This document shows, one piece after another, positions 58,501 to 64,000 of a stretch of 64,000 bases of DNA; positions within the stretch are counted from its first letter, which is position 1; each line of letters starts with the position of its first letter. The translations under genes were made by a program, and so were the position numbers. The stretch is from positions 2,023,373-2,087,372 of the forward strand of contig CAJINV010000009.1 in the NCBI GenBank assembly GCA_905178155.1, given 5' to 3'. Source of the stretch: Amoebophrya sp. A120 (Eukaryota > Protista > Dinoflagellata). The notes beneath the pieces were generated by a model. The model was not told the origin of the DNA, did no database searches, and saw only the letters and a list, made by a program, of their open reading frames with translations.

Positions 58501-61181
58501 GACCAAGTTTCTCCTGGTGTAGTTCCAATGCGGGTCGTGCAGACGGGGTGAAACGTGACGGTAGTGCTTTTGCGTCTTTTCTTTTAGCAGCAGCACGTCG
58601 TCCGAGGGGGTGCACTGGTCCGATACGAGGTCCTCCTCCAGGGCCTGGCGCCGTTGCTTCCGAAGGTTGCTCCACTCTTCCTGTCGCAGCCCGACGCGCA
58701 GCGGGCCGGACTCGACCTGCTGTAGGTCCGACCACCAACGGTCAGGCCGAATCACCTTTTTCTTTGCACCAGTGCCACCGCGCCGCGGCCCCGGGGACGT
58801 GGTAGAGGCGGTGCTGCTGGAGAACTCGTTTGACACAGTAAGGGCAACTGTGTTGCCTGATGTTGATAGGGGTCCAGTTTTGTGTCCTGTTCTCGTGGGG
58901 CTGCTCGTGGTGCGAGAAGTTGCACCAGCTGCAGGACGACGACCCTCATGCGGTACCGTAAGTAGCTGATTCTTTTGCTGTGCGCGAGCCAGCATGACAT
59001 CTGCCAGAAACACTCCTTTCTTGCGCAGCACGGAGCTTGGCGAGCTGACCTTGCTCTGCAGCAGTTCACTGAACAAGTCCTTCACGTCCTTCGGGGAACC
59101 TGGGCTCTGTGCGTACCGAGCATGCGTCGACACCACTGAATCAGGAAGAGCTGCTTGGACCACGAGTTTTGCATTTGCTTTCTGGAAGTCAGAACCTACA
59201 ACTCCTGAAGCTGCACCTGAATAGTAATTCCGGTCGATGATCAACATCAGGAAGTTCCAGTAAAAGGACATCTAGATCTAATGTGATGCTGGACAATTCA
59301 GCATCAGTCGTGGACGTCGCCATCAACTTGATTTCAGTTTAAAAAAGTCAGAGGGACGATTGCCGATGCACGGCACAACATGGGACGTCATGACAGAACA
59401 GGCGTCATGATCGCAGAAGTAGTTACAGACTTACCATCGCCTCGTTCCACAGGGGAACTTTCCGGTTTACTTGTGCTCGCGCAAGATCGAGGAGACGAAA
59501 TGTTTACCGCATCGAACGCGGTTGGTGATTGGTTCGGAACAGGAAGCTCGTCCACTCGCCCTGCAGGAGTTACTGCAGAAGTCCGTGGCTGATCTACTTC
59601 AGCTTCGTACTGGTGAGAGTCAGCAGCTCGGGCTCCTGCGGCCGCCCAGGCAACTTTCGGTGGTTGCAACTCCAGCAGGTTTGCGCCGCTCCGCAGCATC
59701 GCCTCAACTGAGGAGGCTTTGGAAGATATCCGCTCAGACTCCAGATCGCTGACGCCAGCGCTAATCGTAGTGTCGGGCGGACAGCAAACATTTCTGATCA
59801 GGTTAACGGCGCCGGTATTCAATAGCTGTACCTTCGTTGTGGAGGTAGTAGTGCTTCTGGTTGCAGGGGAAAATGGTTCATTTCTTTTGGAATCTTCTCG
59901 AACTCTTTGTTGTATCTCTGCTTCAGCATCAACAGCTGCTCCGTCCGCCGCAGCTCGAACATCAACGGGTCTCGGGTCGTTCCCTGGTGCAGCCATTGAA
60001 ACAAGTTGCGTTTTATCGACCACTTCGATATCATTCGATAGAGTCCTCGGTGGAGCGGACTCCCGAGGATGGTGACTTCTACTCGACAGCGAAGTTGTTG
60101 GCGCTCCCACACAGGTTGTCGTCTTGGACACCAAATCCGTGTCCTCGGCTAGGCTGCTGGTCCAAGCTCCAGTAGAAGCCTCCGCACGTTGCCACTCCGT
60201 TTCGACGTTCTTGGTTCCGTCCTTTTCGCCGTCCTGCGCGGCTGCGGCTGCCGTTTCTTCTTCAGTTGCTTCGAATTCGTGTGGTGCATGTTCATCGAAT
60301 GATGTTACTTGTTCACCTTGTTCTTCTTGCATCTCGTGCAGCTGTTGGTCTACCGAGTGGCGCTTGTAGAATGCGGAATAGTGCAAGTGCGTTCGCTGCA
60401 ACGCCTCGTTGTCTTGATAGGCAGAGGTTGACACCTCGAGCTCCTGCATGCTGTCGTCGGGGGAACTGGCAATCAGGATCACGCGCTTTGACGACGATTT
60501 GGTAGTCACTACGGGGTGGGCCACAGGCTGCGGAGGAGTCGTGATGGCGGTGTTTATTCTGCGGTTGGAATTAACATCTCCCTGACCTGCTCCTCTTCGC
60601 GTTGTACTAGTTCTGGCAACATTTTTCGGTACCGGCGACCTACGAACACCCCCACCCGCTGAGATCTTTTTCTGCGCGGCCATGATCGCACCAAGACGAG
60701 TTCCATTCGACGTCGTGGTCTCGCTAATGCGCCGTACTTTCGCCTGATCACGGTTCATCGCAGAAAATGCTCCGGCTTTTGCACAAACGAGAACTTTTCC
60801 TCGCGCATTCGCCGCGAGGAAGGAGGCAGCGGCGCGGCCACCCTTGGCTCCTGACCAAGAGGCTGAAGAAGATGACGTCGACGGGCCGCTTCCGGTCGTA
60901 CTAGCGTTAGTCAGCGCGTTGGTGTGCTGATTTTTGTGCATTTTCGAAAAGTATGAGGGACGCCGCTTCGTCGTGGTTTTCGCGGTGCCCTTGTCGTGGT
61001 CGTGTCGCAGTAGAGGGCGCGTGGCGAAAAAAACCGTGGTCGTGTTGTCCACATTGTTGGACAGGCAGTAATACTTCTTACTCATCGACGACGCGGGCGG
61101 TTCGTTAGTGGTTTTGTCAATTGCCGGAACTGGCGGGCCCCAGTTTGAGTCCGGCACAACTTTGGCCGACACGCGTGCCAT
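55600..61181 (-). CDS. About 1790-aa Ser/Thr-rich hypothetical protein, 2 exons (intron 59217-59434)
   Basis: A perfect GTAAGT donor at 59434 and a TTCAG acceptor at 59217 join ORFs 59388-61181 and 55600-59271 in phase 1. Contains a CTFRP motif reminiscent of protist cytoskeletal proteins (weak). Confidence 0.7.
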
Positions 61182-62700
61182 TTTGTTTTTTTTATGAGTT
61201 TTTGCAGCTAGTATCAGTCCGACATCTCTCCACCACTACGAGGGGCCAAAGGCGGACTGCCCTATTCGCTCGTACTAGGCGTTGGAGTGAAGATTTGTTT
61301 TCCGGTACTATCACTATCATGGTCATAGATGGCCTTAACCTTAACCTTATCTTCGTGTGTTGAGATCATTTACAACTGTAGAAGGTACCACTATACCAGG
61401 TCGACGCAGCTGCTCACGGCGGAGTCTCTCTCCCATTTTGCAGTCTATTGCAAAAAAATCACCAGCATGCGAGGTAAAATGACTAGATGAAGGACACATC
61501 AGCTACCGCAATAAGACGAACATTAAAAAAACCAGGGAGGACGAGGAAATGAGAGTAGGAGTTTTTACCCGCATTCAAACGACTACTCGCACGAAGACAT
61601 CACCAACAAAAAGCACAATAATCCTCAACGATTTGGTTTTGGAGAAACTAGGCCAGACCGACTGAGTCCAAAGAGAAAAATATGATGAGGACTTCAATGT
61701 TGTACCTGCCACCACCTGACCGGCATTGTTCGAGGATTTTCTTCAAAAAAAAACGCTTCTTTTTTCTGAAGAACAGAATGCAATGCGAATGCACGTGCAG
61801 ACAAACAAGTGAGCTAGATTATTAACCGACCACGATTGTCATTGTTGAACAAAACATAGATTTATGAAAAAAGAAAAACCGCAGAACGAAGTGAGTCGAA
61901 GGCCAGCCAGTCGATTTGAAGTAGGACCGAAAGAAGAAAGCGAAACAGCTTGAGCTTGGGCATGCACATGAAGATTGAAGATCGTAAACAGGAATAAACA
62001 ACAGCAAGTGCAAGATCATGATACTAGACGACGTAGCACGATACACGACTAGTACCCACCATGAGAGGAAAAAAAGAGAGCAGCGGTTTATCTGGTCCTC
62101 TTAACAATAACACCGAGTCTCGCACCGCTAAACCGGTTACACTTTTCACTTCTACCGGGAGGAACACGGAAGAGCTGGTGCACCTGCATCTTCGTCTACT
62201 TTAAAACGTCGTGTGTGTGTCCCTGGACCACGCGGAGCGCTTTTTGTTTTTCTTTTCCTCTTAAAAGACAAAGAGGGCGAAAGTACATAGATTAGGATTG
62301 TACACAATGAATGTTGTTGAAAAGCATCATACAAAGCATGATCGTAGAAAACACAATGAAAACTTTATAATTGAGTTTAGAGTTTGATGACCAAATATTT
62401 TATTTCACCCTCATGATCGCAACATCATCTTCGTCCAGGCAGCAACCCCTTCTGTGTTGTGCCCGCCACTACCAAAAATATCACATACAGCTCCTCCAGG
62501 AGCCACGGTGCAGATGTCAATGTCACCAACATAAACGTAGCCTTATTTTGCGAAATAAAACCCTCCCTGAACTTGACAGGCCTTCCACAAAAGTTCAAGT
62601 TGCGAACAATCTCCCTACGCCAAAGGTAGGTACTACGGTATCTTCGTTATCCTGTCATTTAGACAGGTACCAAAAAAATATTTGCGATTCGACATACCCC

Positions 62701-63801
62701 CTACTCGTCAATTTCCAAAAATTCCACATCGGACAAGTCATCTCCGTCGATGTCCCCCCCACCCGCATCTACGACCAGCATGTTCCTGAGGAGCGAGTTC
62801 TCCGCCGAGCCCAGACTGTCGAACATGGAGAGCGACAGTCTATCACCCGGATTGTTCGTCGTGGTCCCTCCTGTCCTCGGGCTGCCACCGTTGCTACCCT
62901 CGCCACCACCTGGTTCTTCTGGCCGAGGTGTTTTGTTCACCTCCGTGTTCATCGCCAGTTGGAGGCGCTGCTGCATCAACGTTTCGCGACTTATCCCCTT
63001 CTCGCGCATTTCGGCCTCGTCCAGGTCGATGGAGGCGCTCGCGTCCTCGTACAGCGCGTTGTCTACCTTCCAGCGTTCCCAAATTTTCATCCAGTTGGTC
63101 CTCAACATGCCGCAGTCGGGGCACTGCGGGATCCCGAACGGGCAGTCGTACCGCAGCACGCAGTTGCAGTTGTTCCCGGACATTCCTGCGCCGCAGAGGT
63201 ACAGGTCCGTGTTCTCGTAGTGGGTGCCGCACTTGCTGCAAAACATGAAGTCTCGCCCCGGCTTGTGCTTCTCCTCGCAGAGCAGACAAAACCAAAACTG
63301 CCGGTCAAGGCTGTCGGTTGGCGGTTGCAGTTGCGGATGGGCGGTGGCGAGTTGCGCTGCTTGCTCCTTTATCACGGCAGATTCCTCTGAGGCGGCGCCA
63401 CATGCGAGCCTTCGCTGCTCCGGTGTCAGCTTGACTACCACTTTCGCTTTGCCCTGCAGGTAATCCTGGTCCTCGAGCTTGACAAGTGCGTCAACTAGCG
63501 TTTTGGACAGGTCGATATCGAGGTAAATGCTGAGAAAGGTCGTCACGTCAACGTTTTTTCCTAGAATGCCCTCGAACAATTTCTGGTGGTCCGGCGCGCG
63601 GACGAGCTGGCGCCAGATCTCCGCATCCTGGAGCCGGAACCGTTGTTTTTCAAATTCGCCGCAGTCCGTCCCGAGTAATCGGAGAAAAAGCTTGGTGCGG
63701 TACACAAACTCCGAGAACTGCTTCAAATACTGCGTTGTGTATGGCTTCTTTTTGATAACGTCTTCGTACTGTTGCAGCAGCAGTTCCTCCACCTTCGCGA
63801 T
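62701..63801 (-). CDS. Cys-rich zinc-finger/zinc-ribbon protein, 3' exon (5' part upstream or unresolved)
   Basis: CLLC...CSKC...C...CNC...C...CPDC cluster. The exon begins after a TAG acceptor at 63802. Confidence 0.7.
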   Translation of the reverse strand: MAKVEELLLQQYEDVIKKKPYTTQYLKQFSEFVYRTKLFLRLLGTDCGEFEKQRFRLQDAEIWRQLVRAPDHQKLFEGILGKNVDVTTFLSIYLDIDLSKTLVDALVKLEDQDYLQGKAKVVVKLTPEQRRLACGAASEESAVIKEQAAQLATAHPQLQPPTDSLDRQFWFCLLCEEKHKPGRDFMFCSKCGTHYENTDLYLCGAGMSGNNCNCVLRYDCPFGIPQCPDCGMLRTNWMKIWERWKVDNALYEDASASIDLDEAEMREKGISRETLMQQRLQLAMNTEVNKTPRPEEPGGGEGSNGGSPRTGGTTTNNPGDRLSLSMFDSLGSAENSLLRNMLVVDAGGGDIDGDDLSDVEFLEIDE

Positions 63802-64000
63802 CTATGCAATGGAAAAATCATGCCCCCGCGGCAGCAACAGTTCACATTCAGGAAGTGCACATGGACAACGCCGAGGTCGCTGCATGGAGTAGGATGCACT
63901 CCTTCTCCTTTTTACAAGACCAATTAATAGGTCAGCTCGAGAGCAGCGCAGTGAGTTGCAAAAAGCGTCTCCTATGACCCGACGAATAATATCAAATATC

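Noticed and set aside
61332-61349. Telomere-like (CCTTAA)3
   Set aside because: Only about three units at an internal site; expected by chance.
156-63892. Numerous plus-strand ORFs
   Set aside because: Nearly all are antisense shadows of minus-strand genes or short intergenic frames with no recognisable motifs.

Overview
Gene-dense eukaryotic (protist) DNA, not prokaryotic. Every supportable gene in the 64 kb lies on the minus strand, and many are split by short GT-AG introns of about 150-350 bp. This layout, the long low-complexity proteins and a TSP1 surface protein suggest an alveolate, possibly a syndinian dinoflagellate like Amoebophrya (inference only). Recognisable genes: two intronless tandem paralogs, each built from five bacterial-type PH (bPH_1) domains; imidazolonepropionase; Hsc70-interacting protein (HIP/ST13, 5 exons); an apparently inactive DEDDh exonuclease/RRM protein with two U2A'-C-terminal-like motifs; a TSP1-repeat type I membrane protein; an FkbM-family methyltransferase; a divergent RpiB; and a Cys-rich zinc-finger protein. 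Several large hypothetical proteins fill the rest. Two TIR-bounded elements with no recognisable transposase sit in intronic or inferred intronic DNA: 18626-21204 (GC-rich, with an internal 89-bp inverted repeat and a GGGCCC array) and 27670-29131 (in HIP intron 1). The best candidate for a novel system is the duplicated, probably lipid-anchored 5x bPH_1 protein, which could be a single-chain version of the bacterial pentameric PH ring. Exon structures were inferred by eye, without transcript data.
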